A DNA stretch of 64,000 nt from Candidatus Woesearchaeota archaeon (GTDB lineage: Archaea > Nanobdellota > Nanobdellia > Pacearchaeales > GW2011-AR1): positions 5,842 to 69,841 of the forward strand of contig CAZRMJ010000002.1 of the NCBI GenBank assembly GCA_964601175.1. The letters run 5' to 3'. The first letter of the stretch is position 1; every line of letters starts with the position of its first letter. A program made the position numbers and the translations under genes. The notes beneath the pieces are model-generated. The model saw nothing but the letters and a program-made list of their open reading frames with translations. It searched no databases and was not told the DNA's origin. Positions 47,355 through 56,922 of the stretch are shown one piece after another.

Positions 47355-47798
47355 TCAGATTATAAGAGCTCTGAATTTATTTACGAAGAAGAATTCTCTT
47401 GAGTCTAAAACATCGTTATTAACTAACCAAATTAAATCTAATAAAGAATGAAATATCATCCCTATAAATATAAAGAATAATGGATAGAAAAATATCCCTA
47501 ATATTCCTATGATCAGATGAGCTTCTACTGTGTGAAAGAAATGAAAGTCTCCTTTTTCACACATCCCGAACTCTGACTTTTGTTCAATATATTTTGAACG
47601 TAAAGAATATCCGTGAGTTATTGCTTCCGAAGGATCCCATTTTCCATGTTTGAATGCTGCAGTAAGATAATGATCAAAATCTATGAATACTGAAGCAAAC
47701 CATATTAAAAAAAGGTAAGTATAACTTGTATCTGGAGAGATTAACTTAAAGACTACGCAAAAAGCTATTCCCCAAAAAACGTGCCATCTTGGAAGCAT
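47355..47798 (-). CDS. Hypothetical His-rich membrane protein (possibly DUF457-like metal-dependent membrane hydrolase)
   Basis: 147 aa, 4 TM, with conserved-looking His/Asp (DFDHY, HFFHT). Confidence 0.35.
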   Translation of the reverse strand: MLPRWHVFWGIAFCVVFKLISPDTSYTYLFLIWFASVFIDFDHYLTAAFKHGKWDPSEAITHGYSLRSKYIEQKSEFGMCEKGDFHFFHTVEAHLIIGILGIFFYPLFFIFIGMIFHSLLDLIWLVNNDVLDSREFFFVNKFRALII

Positions 47799-47801
47799 TT
47801 A

Positions 47802-49316
47802 TTATTCACCCATCGCTCTTATTATATCTGCAAAGGCTCTTCTAGTTATTAATATTCCTACTGAGATTCCAATTATAGTTGTGAATGCAAATCCCCTCAA
47901 TAGTCCTGCTCCTGCCCAGAATAAAGGTAACATTGCTGCAATTATTGTAAAGAATGCTCCTGCTATTATGAATAGAGCTTTCTTTATTTTCTCTTTAATG
48001 CTGCTACTATCTTCAGATTTAGATTCATCAAGGATTATTATCTGATCATTTACTCCAGTACCCATTCCAGCAATTATTCCTGCAATACTTGCAGTATCAA
48101 GATTCCATTTCAACAATGCTGCTATTCCTAAAGTTATGAAAGCTTCAGAGAACATAGTAAGGATTACTGCAAGAGTAATCTTGATTCTCCTATATTTTAT
48201 GAATACAACTAATGAAACAATTATGAAAACTATTATTCCCAATAGAATTATAGATTTAGTAAACTGTTCTCCTAATGAAGATGAGATAGTATCTAACTTA
48301 ACTATCTCTAATTGATAAGGGATACTTCCAGTTAGAAGAAGAGTCTGCAATTTGTGCATTTGCGCCCTTGCATCTGAAAGAGCCAAGTCTGGAGTTGTTC
48401 CAGTACCAGATCCTTGAATTGATATTTGAGTAGCTACCTGTCCTTTCAAACCAGAACTTATTCTTAACTCATCAACAACTTCTCCATCTAAAAGCAATGT
48501 AAGATTTTCTGATAAATATTGACCCCCTGAATTAGGATCTAGTGGGATGGAATTAGTGATATCTGCGTGTCTTTGTGCAGCATCTGGACTTAATGCAATT
48601 GTAAATGTAAATCTACTTGCATAAGTTCCATCTCCTAAAGATTCTGGTTGGTAGACTGCAGATTGGGATGCATCTCTAAATACGTGGGTTATGTCTCTTT
48701 CCCCTCCGACAAACACGGTTTTATTGCCTATTTTTGCTTCGAAATTACCTTGCTTGCCTACTAGCTCCCTTAGATTTTCAGGAGAAGCTCCGGCAACCTC
48801 TACAAGCATAAAATTGTTTCCTGCAAGATCTTTAGATGATCTTACAGTTAAGTCTGTAAGTCCGAAAACGTTTAATCTTTGATTTGTTATGTCTACAAGA
48901 TCAGCCACTTCTGTATCTGTGAGCGTCCCATTTACTGTTTTAACCAGTGCACGAGCTCCTCCGCTAAGATCCAGACCAGTTCTTAAATTAGATTTTGGAA
49001 TTTTGCTTACAGTTATTGAAGATAGATTGGTGTCTAAAAAGATAAATGAATCTTTGTCAGTTTCTATTGAAATTCTCTTCTCTTGATTATTTAATAAAAA
49101 TTCTGAAGCTGCATTTGAGTAATCTTCTAAGTTGTTTATGGCATGATCATTTATTTTTTTTACGACCATTCCGCTTCTAAGTCCTGAATCAAAGGCCTTA
49201 GAATCTTTGTCTATATTTTTGATTAATATTCCATCTTTGAAAGTTGGAGAAATCATAAGCAAGGCAAGCAATAATGAAACTATTAACACCCAAACTCTAA
49301 AGGATATTCTTGCCAT
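47802..49316 (-). CDS. secD: Protein-export membrane protein SecD
   Basis: 504 aa; N-terminal TM, a large periplasmic domain and a C-terminal 5-TM bundle (GIAALLKWNLDTASIAGIIAGMGTGVNDQIII). Confidence 0.85.
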   Translation of the reverse strand: MARISFRVWVLIVSLLLALLMISPTFKDGILIKNIDKDSKAFDSGLRSGMVVKKINDHAINNLEDYSNAASEFLLNNQEKRISIETDKDSFIFLDTNLSSITVSKIPKSNLRTGLDLSGGARALVKTVNGTLTDTEVADLVDITNQRLNVFGLTDLTVRSSKDLAGNNFMLVEVAGASPENLRELVGKQGNFEAKIGNKTVFVGGERDITHVFRDASQSAVYQPESLGDGTYASRFTFTIALSPDAAQRHADITNSIPLDPNSGGQYLSENLTLLLDGEVVDELRISSGLKGQVATQISIQGSGTGTTPDLALSDARAQMHKLQTLLLTGSIPYQLEIVKLDTISSSLGEQFTKSIILLGIIVFIIVSLVVFIKYRRIKITLAVILTMFSEAFITLGIAALLKWNLDTASIAGIIAGMGTGVNDQIIILDESKSEDSSSIKEKIKKALFIIAGAFFTIIAAMLPLFWAGAGLLRGFAFTTIIGISVGILITRRAFADIIRAMGE

Positions 49317-50230
49317 TATGCTAACCTCTTACGCTCTGCGTACCATTTTATTATTGAAGCATTTGTGAGCCATGTGTTAATTATATCGAAACCTAGGCCT
49401 ATTGCAATGATTAAGAAAATTTGTTTAAATGAATCTGGAAGTCCTGTAATTATGAAAAATGCAGGTATAACTGCTGCAAGACCTGTCAATGTCATGAATA
49501 TTCCTGTTCTAAATGCACCATATATCCTTGAATTTATTGTCTGACCTTTGCTTTTTAAGACCCTGCTAGTTAACAGAATGTCTGTGTCTACGGAATAACC
49601 TATCAACGTTAAAAATGCTGCAATTCCCGCTGATGAAATTCTAAACCCAAAAAAGTCTACTACTGCTAGGGTCATAACTATATCTGAAAATGCTGCGAAT
49701 ATTACCGCCATGCTTGGAATGAAAGTTTTGAAAAGTAAGAAGATTACCAATGACATTAAGATGAAAGATATTGTTGCTGCGATAAGCAACTGATTATAGA
49801 AATTACTTCCTAAACTTGGTCCGCTAAATTCTACGCTTGAATTATCTGCGTTTAATTTGAATCCAATTACTTCTTCTACAATTGGGACTATTTGGTCAGG
49901 TTCTCTTGAAGAATCTATAAGGACTGCCAGCTGTTTACCTGTAGATAAATCTGAAATTGTTCTTACATAAGCATCGTCTATTTTCTCTTTGATCTTATTT
50001 TCTATTAAAGAAGAATCAATGTCCGTTTTAACAGTTATTGTAGTTCCTCCGGATAAACTAGGGTCTTTGCGAATTATATCATGATTGGAAGAATAGAAAG
50101 AAACTAAATAGATAACTGATAAAATCATCACTACTATTGGGATGAATAACAATATTTTGTAATATCTGTCATACCAATGCTTACTTTTTTCGTGACTTAA
50201 ATTGTGATTGTTTGAGTTATCTTTTTCCAT
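49316..50230 (-). CDS. secF: Protein-export membrane protein SecF
   Basis: 304 aa; ...FSDIVMTLAVVDFFGFRISSAGIAAFLTLIGYSVDTDILL. Stop overlaps the secD start. Confidence 0.85.
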   Translation of the reverse strand: MEKDNSNNHNLSHEKSKHWYDRYYKILLFIPIVVMILSVIYLVSFYSSNHDIIRKDPSLSGGTTITVKTDIDSSLIENKIKEKIDDAYVRTISDLSTGKQLAVLIDSSREPDQIVPIVEEVIGFKLNADNSSVEFSGPSLGSNFYNQLLIAATISFILMSLVIFLLFKTFIPSMAVIFAAFSDIVMTLAVVDFFGFRISSAGIAAFLTLIGYSVDTDILLTSRVLKSKGQTINSRIYGAFRTGIFMTLTGLAAVIPAFFIITGLPDSFKQIFLIIAIGLGFDIINTWLTNASIIKWYAERKRLA

Positions 50231-50240
50231 TTGAATCTCA

Positions 50241-50312
50241 TGCGCCGACTGGGGATCGAACCCAGATCATCTGCGTGGAAGGCAGACGCACTAACCATTA
50301 TGCTATCGGCGC
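50241..50312 (-). tRNA. tRNA-Gly (anticodon UCC)
   Basis: Reverse-complement GCGCCGATAGCATAATGGTTAGTGCGTCTGCCTTCCACGCAGATGATCTGGGTTCGATCCCCAGTCGGCGCA folds as a cloverleaf; anticodon loop CT-TCC-AC; no encoded CCA. Confidence 0.85.
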
Positions 50313-50347
50313 TTTATATTTCTTCAGGAAGGAGCGTTTTAAAGCTT

Positions 50348-50977
50348 ATGTTTCTTAACAAATTGATGAACCCTCAAGAAGCAATATGGGATGACTTGTA
50401 CTCAAAAAAACTTACTTGGAAGAAGGAAACAATTAGCCTTAAGAATATACTTACTGGCAAAAAAGTTCTTGAACTTGGATCTGGAAATGGAAAGACCTTG
50501 AATGCAATATTAAGGCAGAAACCAAAAGAAATTACTGCAATTGAGATTTCTGGGGAAGCGATTAAAAGAATAAAGGGCTTGAATGTAAAATTGATAAAAG
50601 AAGACTTCTTGAAGTTCAAAACTAATGACAAATTTGAAGTGATTGTTTGCTATTATTTCCTAAACAATTTCAAGCAGGATGAAAGAATAAAAGTTGCAAA
50701 TAAAATAAAAGATCTTTTATCTGATAAAGGATTGATACTCTTTGAGGACTTTGCAGTCGGAGATTATAGACAGAAAGGTCTTCAAATTGAAAAGAATACG
50801 ATTCAAAAGTCTAATGGGTTAATATGCCATTTTTTCGATAAAGAAGAAATAAAAAATGTTTTTGGAGATTTTAAAATAGAAATTTCCGAAAAAACTCTTT
50901 CCCCTATAAGAAAAGATAAATCGATTAAAAGGAAAATAATTAATTGTACTATCCAAAACGCACCCGGTAGGATTTGA
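50348..50977 (+). CDS. SAM-dependent methyltransferase
   Basis: VLELGSGNGKTLNAI motif I. The six-frame ORF begins at 50231, but its first 39 codons are antisense to tRNA-Gly, so the start is taken at ATG 50348 (or 50366). The 3' end overlaps tRNA-Arg by ~19 nt on the opposite strand. Confidence 0.6.
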   Translation: MFLNKLMNPQEAIWDDLYSKKLTWKKETISLKNILTGKKVLELGSGNGKTLNAILRQKPKEITAIEISGEAIKRIKGLNVKLIKEDFLKFKTNDKFEVIVCYYFLNNFKQDERIKVANKIKDLLSDKGLILFEDFAVGDYRQKGLQIEKNTIQKSNGLICHFFDKEEIKNVFGDFKIEISEKTLSPIRKDKSIKRKIINCTIQNAPGRI

Positions 50978-51033
50978 ACCTACGACCTACGCCTTAGGAG
51001 GGAGTCGCTCTATCCAGGCTGAGCTACGGGTGC
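50959..51033 (-). tRNA. tRNA-Arg (anticodon CCU), provisional
   Basis: Reverse-complement GCACCCGTAGCTCAGCCTGGATAGAGCGACTCCCTCCTAAGGCGTAGGTCGTAGGTTCAAATCCTACCGGGTGC(G) has acceptor, D, and T arms. Anticodon loop CU-CCU-AA; the anticodon stem carries one U-C mismatch. Confidence 0.7.
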
Positions 51034-51075
51034 ATGAACCCGTAATGGATTAAGATGTTTTAAAATTAATCTAAA

Positions 51076-51160
51076 TGCAGGGACTAGGATTCGAACCTAG
51101 GTAGGCACTAAGCACAGCAGATCTTGAGTCTGCCCCGTTTGACCGCTTCGGTATCCCTGC
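51076..51160 (-). tRNA. tRNA-Leu (anticodon CAA), type II with long variable arm
   Basis: Reverse-complement GCAGGGATACCGAAGCGGTCAAACGGGGCAGACTCAAGATCTGC...CTAGGTTCGAATCCTAGTCCCTGCA. Anticodon stem GCAGA/TCTGC, loop CU-CAA-GA, discriminator A. Confidence 0.8.
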
Positions 51161-51211
51161 TTGTAAAATACGCTGATAGGAAGTTTTATAAATCTAACAT
51201 TTTGATGATCT

Positions 51212-51330
51212 GTGAAGACGGCCACAGTGCTGGGGAAACACCTGTTCTCATTCCGAACACAGAAGTTAAGCCTTTCACGTCCGTTTGTTGTAGTCTCCGT
51301 CAAGAGGCGAAGCTAGGATGCTGTCTTCGA
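51212..51330 (+). rRNA. rrf: 5S ribosomal RNA
   Basis: GAAGACGGCCACAGTGCTGGGGAAACACCTGTTCTCATTCCGAACACAGAAGTTAAGCC...GCTGTCTTCG shows conserved 5S loop motifs, and the helix I termini pair. Confidence 0.85.
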
Positions 51331-51338
51331 TTTTTTTA
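51331..51338 (+). terminator. Oligo-T tract after 5S rRNA (archaeal-type terminator)
   Basis: TTTTTTT immediately 3' of the 5S helix I. Confidence 0.4.
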
Positions 51339-51354
51339 TATAGTTTAGATTATT

Positions 51355-51615
51355 TTGATTCTTATGAAGAGTTCCAAATCTGATGCAAAAAAGAAGATAG
51401 AAGAACATTTTTCTCGGGAAAAATTGAGTTTAAAACAAACAAAGAAAATAAAGAAACTTTCTATGGCCAATAGAATAAGACTTGGCATATTTAGGAAAAG
51501 GTTTTGTAAAAAATGCTTATCTGATTTAAACCTTGGAAAAGTGAGAATTTCTAAAGAACATAAGATAGTTGTTTGTGGATCTTGCGGGTATATTAACAAA
51601 TCAAAAATTAATTAG
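51355..51615 (+). CDS. rnp4: RNase P protein component 4 (Rpr2/Rpp21 family)
   Basis: Basic N-terminus then a zinc ribbon: RKRFCKKCLSDLNLGKVRISKEHKIVVCGSCGY. Confidence 0.75.
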   Translation: MILMKSSKSDAKKKIEEHFSREKLSLKQTKKIKKLSMANRIRLGIFRKRFCKKCLSDLNLGKVRISKEHKIVVCGSCGYINKSKIN

Positions 51616-51809
51616 GATTTCTTAAACTTAGAAACTTCTTCTAATACGTCTGCATGTCCAAGCATTGCTGCTCTGCAGCAGTACCTTTCTACGCCTAAAT
51701 CTGTAAGAACTTTACCTGCTTCTTCTCCTGCAGTTGTTCTTTTCTTGTATTCTTCCCATAGTTGACCTATAGGCTTTCCACAACCAAAACATCTTACTGG
51801 AATTATCAT
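51612..51809 (-). CDS. rpoN: DNA-directed RNA polymerase subunit N (Rpo10/RpoN)
   Basis: MIIPVRCFGCGKPIGQLWEEY...LGVERYCCRAAMLGHADV has the canonical RpoN CxxC...CC. Confidence 0.9.
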   Translation of the reverse strand: MIIPVRCFGCGKPIGQLWEEYKKRTTAGEEAGKVLTDLGVERYCCRAAMLGHADVLEEVSKFKKS

Positions 51810-51884
51810 ACTACTATTGCTATCTGACCATTTTTAAAGGTTTGCTACCAAAAGATTATTATATTTAGAGCTTGAATTTACATT

Positions 51885-52607
51885 ATGGAAAAGAATTTGA
51901 TATATCTTGATGGGGTGACTAAACATTATCATATGGGTGACACTACGGTTAAGGCTGTTGATGGAATAAACGTTTCCATAGATAAAGGAGATTTTGTTGC
52001 TATAATGGGCCCATCAGGAAGTGGAAAGTCTACCGCAATGAATCTAGTAGGAAGCTTAGATCTTGCTACGAATGGTAGAATTTTACTTGAAGGAGTAAAT
52101 ATAGAGAAGTTTACAGAATCTGAGCTTGCTCAATTAAGGGGCAAGAAGATAGGGTTCATTTTTCAAAGTTTTAATTTGATTCCAAATTTAACTGCAAGAG
52201 AAAATGTTATGCTTCCAATGTTATTTCAGAAAATTCCATTAGATGAGAGAATGGAAAGGAGCAAAGATTTACTCAAACTTGTTGAATTAGATACTAGAAT
52301 GGATCACTATCCAAATCAGCTTAGTGGGGGGCAGCAACAAAGAGTTGCAATAGCTAGAGCATTAGCTAATGATCCTGAAATAATTTTAGCAGATGAACCT
52401 ACTGGAAATTTAGATACTAAAACAGGAGAACATGTAATGAAATTATTAACAGATCTAAATAACAAAGGAAAAACAATTATCTTAATTACTCACGCCCCAG
52501 ATGTTGCAATGAAGCATGCAAAAAAAATATATTGGTTAAAAGATGGAAAGATAGAAAAATTAACTGTAAAGAAAGGCAGTACTTGGACTACAGTTAAATC
52601 TCCTTAA
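51885..52607 (+). CDS. ABC transporter ATP-binding protein (MacB/LolD/FtsE-like)
   Basis: Walker [10 protein letters not shown], signature [15 protein letters not shown], Walker [12 protein letters not shown]. Confidence 0.9.
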   Translation: MEKNLIYLDGVTKHYHMGDTTVKAVDGINVSIDKGDFVAIMGPSGSGKSTAMNLVGSLDLATNGRILLEGVNIEKFTESELAQLRGKKIGFIFQSFNLIPNLTARENVMLPMLFQKIPLDERMERSKDLLKLVELDTRMDHYPNQLSGGQQQRVAIARALANDPEIILADEPTGNLDTKTGEHVMKLLTDLNNKGKTIILITHAPDVAMKHAKKIYWLKDGKIEKLTVKKGSTWTTVKSP

Positions 52608-52674
52608 TAATTGCCACTTGGAGATTATTAATTTTGTGGATAAAACTTATAAATTGTTTTTGATGCGCTGATTT

Positions 52675-53514
52675 ATGAGTAAAACTAAATCGATTATTTT
52701 TGTAACACTTCTTTTGTTTTCTATGATTGGTTTTAGTTCTGCACTTAATGTAGATTCTGTAATTGTAGACACAGTTTCACCTGGTGAAGAAGGAGTTATG
52801 AGGATAAATGTTCAAAATGATGGGAATAACGATGTTGATCTTGTTTCATTCAGTTTAGAATTTAATCAAGCTGGAATAATTCCCATAGGCAGTTCAGAGG
52901 GTTTTGTTAATAGAATAAAGGAAGATGATGATGAACTTTTTGCTTTTAGATTTAGAGTCTCTAATGATATACATGCTGGGACTTATTCTATACCTTACAC
53001 TTTAAAATATGAAGATGGAGGAGATCAAAAAACTCAAACAGGTAGAATAGGTATTGTAGTTTCCGCAGACCCGGACATAGAAGTTTTTGCAGATTCTCAA
53101 AACTCTATCATAGGGCAACAAGGCACCTTGAATCTTAGAGTCGTTAACAAAGGCTTGGCAGATGCAAGATTTGTCAATTTATTTATTGAAAGTGAAGATG
53201 TCACATTCTTATCTGAAAATTCAGAATATATCGGAACGATTGATTCGGACGATTTTGAAACAAACAATTTTGATGTTATTTATAATACTAAATTTCCCTC
53301 AATTTCTGTTAGAGTGACTTACAAAGACTTCGATAATAATGATAGGGAGATTTTAGATACTCTATCTCTTAGGGCATATACTCAAGATGAAGCAATAGAG
53401 AAAGGTATTTTAAAGAAAAACAATGCACCTACATATGTTGGAATCGCTGTTCTTCTACTTATCATCTGGTTTGTATATAGAGCGATTCGTAAAAGGCGTA
53501 AAAGGAAAGAATAA
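52675..53514 (+). CDS. Secreted beta-rich protein with N-terminal signal peptide and C-terminal TM anchor plus RKRRKRKE tail
   Basis: Signal MSKTKSIIFVTLLLFSMIGFSSA; C-terminal VGIAVLLLIIWFVYRAIRKRRKRKE. Confidence 0.6.
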   Translation: MSKTKSIIFVTLLLFSMIGFSSALNVDSVIVDTVSPGEEGVMRINVQNDGNNDVDLVSFSLEFNQAGIIPIGSSEGFVNRIKEDDDELFAFRFRVSNDIHAGTYSIPYTLKYEDGGDQKTQTGRIGIVVSADPDIEVFADSQNSIIGQQGTLNLRVVNKGLADARFVNLFIESEDVTFLSENSEYIGTIDSDDFETNNFDVIYNTKFPSISVRVTYKDFDNNDREILDTLSLRAYTQDEAIEKGILKKNNAPTYVGIAVLLLIIWFVYRAIRKRRKRKE

Positions 53515-53535
53515 ATTTGATATTGTGGAGAAAGC

Positions 53536-54756
53536 ATGATAATTGATTATGCATCTATTGCCTTGAAGAACTTAAGAAGGAGAGGGATTAGAAGTTGGCT
53601 TACTCTTTTAGGAATATTTATAGGAATCGCGACAGTAGTCTCTCTTATTAGCCTTGGAGGGGGATTAAGGGCCGCAATATTATCTCAATTTGGCATAAGC
53701 TCCACTGAAGTAATAGAAGTTCAAGCTGGAGGCCTTAATTCTTTTGGTCCTCCCGGAACAAGCGTAAGTAAACCTCTAACAATTCAAGATGTAGATGCAA
53801 TTTCTAAATTGGGACCGGTAGAAACAGCAATACCTAGACAAATAGCTACAGTTAAGGTTGAATTTAATAAAATTCTTAATGTGGAAGTTGCAACAAATAT
53901 AGTTGATGGCAATGATAGAAAAATACTTTATGATATCCTTGGAGTAAGCACATTAGAAGGAAAATTGCTTGAAGATGGAGATGTTGGCAAGGTTGTTCTT
54001 GGGAACAATTTTTATTATGAAGATAAAAATGGTTTCAATAAGCAAATTAGAGTTGGAAATTCTATAACTATAAATGGAAAGAAATATCAGGTAAAGGGGA
54101 TATTTGAAAAGAAAGGCAGTTTTATTTTTGATCAAATAATCATGTTGGATGATGAAGACCTTAAGTCTATATCAGATAATGGAGATAATGTTGATTTAAT
54201 AGGCGTTAAGGTAAAAAGCAAAGATTTAGTCGGTACCGCTCAGAAACAAATAGAAGATCTTCTTAGACGCAGAAGAAATGTGAAAATTGGAGAAGAAGAT
54301 TTCGAAGTATCTACTCCTGAAGCAGCACTTTCTACAGTCAATCAAATACTTGCGGGAATACAGATATTCATAGTTATGATTGCTGCAATATCCATAATTG
54401 TTGGTTCCCTTGGAATAGTCAATACTATGACTACTTCGGTTTTAGAGAGAGTCAGAGAAATAGGAATAATGAAAGCAATTGGTGCTAAAAATTCAGATAT
54501 ATTTTATCAATTTTTAATTGAAGCAGGCCTTCTTGGAATGGTTGGAGGATTAGCAGGAATAATATTTGGAATGGGAATAGGATATTTGGGGACATTTTCT
54601 ATAAACTCATTTTTGGGAGCAACTACTTCCCCTCAAATAAATTGGCCCCTAATAATAATCACATTTATTGGTAGCTTTGTCATAGGAGCTATATCTGGAA
54701 TAGTTCCTGCAATTCGTGCAGCTAATCAAAAACCTGTGGAGGCATTGAGGAGTTAA
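53536..54756 (+). CDS. ABC transporter permease, FtsX/MacB family
   Basis: 406 aa; N-terminal TM, a large extracytoplasmic domain, and C-terminal 3 TM with ERVREIGIMKAIGAKNSDI. Confidence 0.85.
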   Translation: MIIDYASIALKNLRRRGIRSWLTLLGIFIGIATVVSLISLGGGLRAAILSQFGISSTEVIEVQAGGLNSFGPPGTSVSKPLTIQDVDAISKLGPVETAIPRQIATVKVEFNKILNVEVATNIVDGNDRKILYDILGVSTLEGKLLEDGDVGKVVLGNNFYYEDKNGFNKQIRVGNSITINGKKYQVKGIFEKKGSFIFDQIIMLDDEDLKSISDNGDNVDLIGVKVKSKDLVGTAQKQIEDLLRRRRNVKIGEEDFEVSTPEAALSTVNQILAGIQIFIVMIAAISIIVGSLGIVNTMTTSVLERVREIGIMKAIGAKNSDIFYQFLIEAGLLGMVGGLAGIIFGMGIGYLGTFSINSFLGATTSPQINWPLIIITFIGSFVIGAISGIVPAIRAANQKPVEALRS

Positions 54757-55968
54757 ATGATAAATAAAGAGCTTGTAAAGTATTCATTGAAAAATATAGC
54801 TCATAGAAAATCTAGAAGTTTTCTGACTATATTCTCAATACTTGTAGGAATATCTACAATATTCATATTTGTAAGTTTTGGACAAGGTTTGTTTGATTAT
54901 GTAAATGAACTCAAATCTAGTTCTGGGGCTGACAAAGTAACAGTTATTCCTAAAGGAATTGGTGCTCCTGGATTGGATAAAACTTTCTTTTTGACCGAAG
55001 AGGATTTGAAAGCCGTAAGTAAAACTTCTGGAGTCTATGAGGCTAGCGGGATATATTCCACTGCCGCAGAAATTTCAAAAAGCAAAACTAATAAATTTAT
55101 TTTTCTAGTTGGCTTCGACACAGACCATACTGATTTAATGAAAGAAGTTTTTTCAATAGATCTTGATAGTGGAAGAGACTTAAGGAATGGGGATGATAAA
55201 AAGGCTATATTGGGATATAATTATCAAATAGAAGATAAAATACTTCCCGGAAAACTTACTCTTAATGATAATTTAGAAGTTCAAGGAGAAAAAATAAGAA
55301 TCGCAGGTTTCTTTGAACAAATAGGAAATCCCCAAGATGATTCTAATATTTACATCACACAAGATTATTTTGAAAAATTATACCCTAATAGTTCTGGAAA
55401 ATATAATCAGATAGTTGCTAAAGTCGATGCAGATAATATTCAAAATGTAATCGATAGAATAGAAGATGAATTAAGAAAATCTAGAGGATTAAAGAAAGGC
55501 AAGGAAGACTTTTTTGTTTCTTCATTTGAAGATTTATTAGAACAATTTACTAGTGCTTTAAACTACATAGTCTATTTTGTAATATTTATTGCACTTATCT
55601 CCGTTGTAGTCTCTGCAGTCAATACTGCAAATACAACTATCACATCAGTCATTGAAAGAGTTAAAGAGATAGGAATAATGAAAGCAATTGGGGCACGCAA
55701 TAGTGAAGTTTTTGCAATATTTGTATTCGAAGCAGGATTTTTGGGATTCGTAGCAGGAGTTATAGGTATAATGGTTGGATTAGTGGTTACTTCTATTGCA
55801 GGAGCATTTTTGAAAAATGCTGGTTGGGGATTTTTAAGCCCACATTATTCATGGCAGTTATTTTTGGGATGCATATTATTTGCAACATTAACTGGAGCAC
55901 TATCTGGAATTATACCTTCTTGGAGAGCTTCTAAAATAAGACCTGTTAGAGCCCTTCGTTACGAGTAA
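54757..55968 (+). CDS. ABC transporter permease, FtsX/MacB family (second)
   Basis: 403 aa; same architecture, ERVKEIGIMKAIGARNSEV. Confidence 0.85.
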   Translation: MINKELVKYSLKNIAHRKSRSFLTIFSILVGISTIFIFVSFGQGLFDYVNELKSSSGADKVTVIPKGIGAPGLDKTFFLTEEDLKAVSKTSGVYEASGIYSTAAEISKSKTNKFIFLVGFDTDHTDLMKEVFSIDLDSGRDLRNGDDKKAILGYNYQIEDKILPGKLTLNDNLEVQGEKIRIAGFFEQIGNPQDDSNIYITQDYFEKLYPNSSGKYNQIVAKVDADNIQNVIDRIEDELRKSRGLKKGKEDFFVSSFEDLLEQFTSALNYIVYFVIFIALISVVVSAVNTANTTITSVIERVKEIGIMKAIGARNSEVFAIFVFEAGFLGFVAGVIGIMVGLVVTSIAGAFLKNAGWGFLSPHYSWQLFLGCILFATLTGALSGIIPSWRASKIRPVRALRYE

Positions 55969-56833
55969 GTTTTGGACCTAACTGTTTTTTTAAGTACCTT
56001 ATGTGATGTCTCGCTTTTCTTCTCGAGATATAAAGATAAACAATTATTCCGATTATTGCAAGCCACAAAACTATAGTCCCTATAGGAATATTAGATTTTT
56101 GTCTTGTGCTTTCAAATGCTAAATCGTTAAAATTGATTTCTTTATTGATTACTCTTCTTTCTCCGACTTCATCGTTGTATTCTATTTCTACATTAATTGG
56201 ACCTTGACTCAATGATGCATCAAAGGTTGCAGACGTATCTTCATTTGATCCAAGCTCTCCAATAATTTTTACATTTCCTCCCTCAATTAGAGCGTTTGTT
56301 TGCGAAGGAATTTTTATAGTAATTGCTTGAGCGTCTTTATCTCCGATATTAACTATACCTATAACTAATTTTTTAGTAGAAAAAGAATAACTATCCAACG
56401 TAACAACGAAATCTGTTCTTACTTCTTTTACAGAGATGTTAAAATCATAAACTTTTGCAAATTGAGAATCTAAATTTATCCAAGTTTTAAGACTTAATTT
56501 TTGATCTCCATCTAATGCGTTAGAATCTACTCTAACTTTGTAAGGTACTAACCAGAAAGAATTGAATTCTCTGTCATATGTGCCGCCTTTTATAGTTTGT
56601 ATTTTTTTATACCCTGGATCCAATGTAAATGGATAGCCTTCTAAAAATTCTAAATTTATGTTTCCACATTCAGGATTTTCTGTACCTGCAATCTGGAAAA
56701 GTAGTTTCACAGTTTCACCAGGAACTGCTGAAACAGGATCTTGATTGACGAGAGTCGGAGTTAAAGTGCATAAGGCAGAGGCCGTATGCACCATTATAAA
56801 TGCTAAAGCTAAGATCATCACAACTCTTTTCAT
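55946..56833 (-). CDS. Secreted beta-rich protein with signal peptide and C-terminal TM anchor plus basic tail
   Basis: Signal MKRVVMILALAFIMVHTASA; C-terminal IVLWLAIIGIIVYLYISRRKARHH...; same architecture as the 52675-53514 protein. Confidence 0.6.
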   Translation of the reverse strand: MKRVVMILALAFIMVHTASALCTLTPTLVNQDPVSAVPGETVKLLFQIAGTENPECGNINLEFLEGYPFTLDPGYKKIQTIKGGTYDREFNSFWLVPYKVRVDSNALDGDQKLSLKTWINLDSQFAKVYDFNISVKEVRTDFVVTLDSYSFSTKKLVIGIVNIGDKDAQAITIKIPSQTNALIEGGNVKIIGELGSNEDTSATFDASLSQGPINVEIEYNDEVGERRVINKEINFNDLAFESTRQKSNIPIGTIVLWLAIIGIIVYLYISRRKARHHIRYLKKQLGPKLTRNEGL

Positions 56834-56922
56834 ATTTTTATTTAGAACCTTTTACTTATAAATGTTGACTGAAAAAACTATAAAACTTTATAAATGGTCA
56901 TCTGCTAAGGTGTCTGAAAAAA

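Noticed and set aside
50231-50347. 5' part of supplied ORF 50231-50977 (MNLMRRLGIEPRSSAWKADALTIM...)
   Set aside because: These codons are the reverse complement of tRNA-Gly(UCC); the real methyltransferase start is the downstream ATG (50348 or 50366).
51097-51348. ORFs 51097-51303(-) and 51124-51348(+)
   Set aside because: They lie entirely over tRNA-Leu and the 5S rRNA, which are highly structured RNA genes, so they are spurious ORFs.
51345-51599. 84-aa minus-strand ORF
   Set aside because: It is antisense to the Rpr2 gene, which has a convincing zinc-ribbon/RNase P signature, so it is a shadow ORF.
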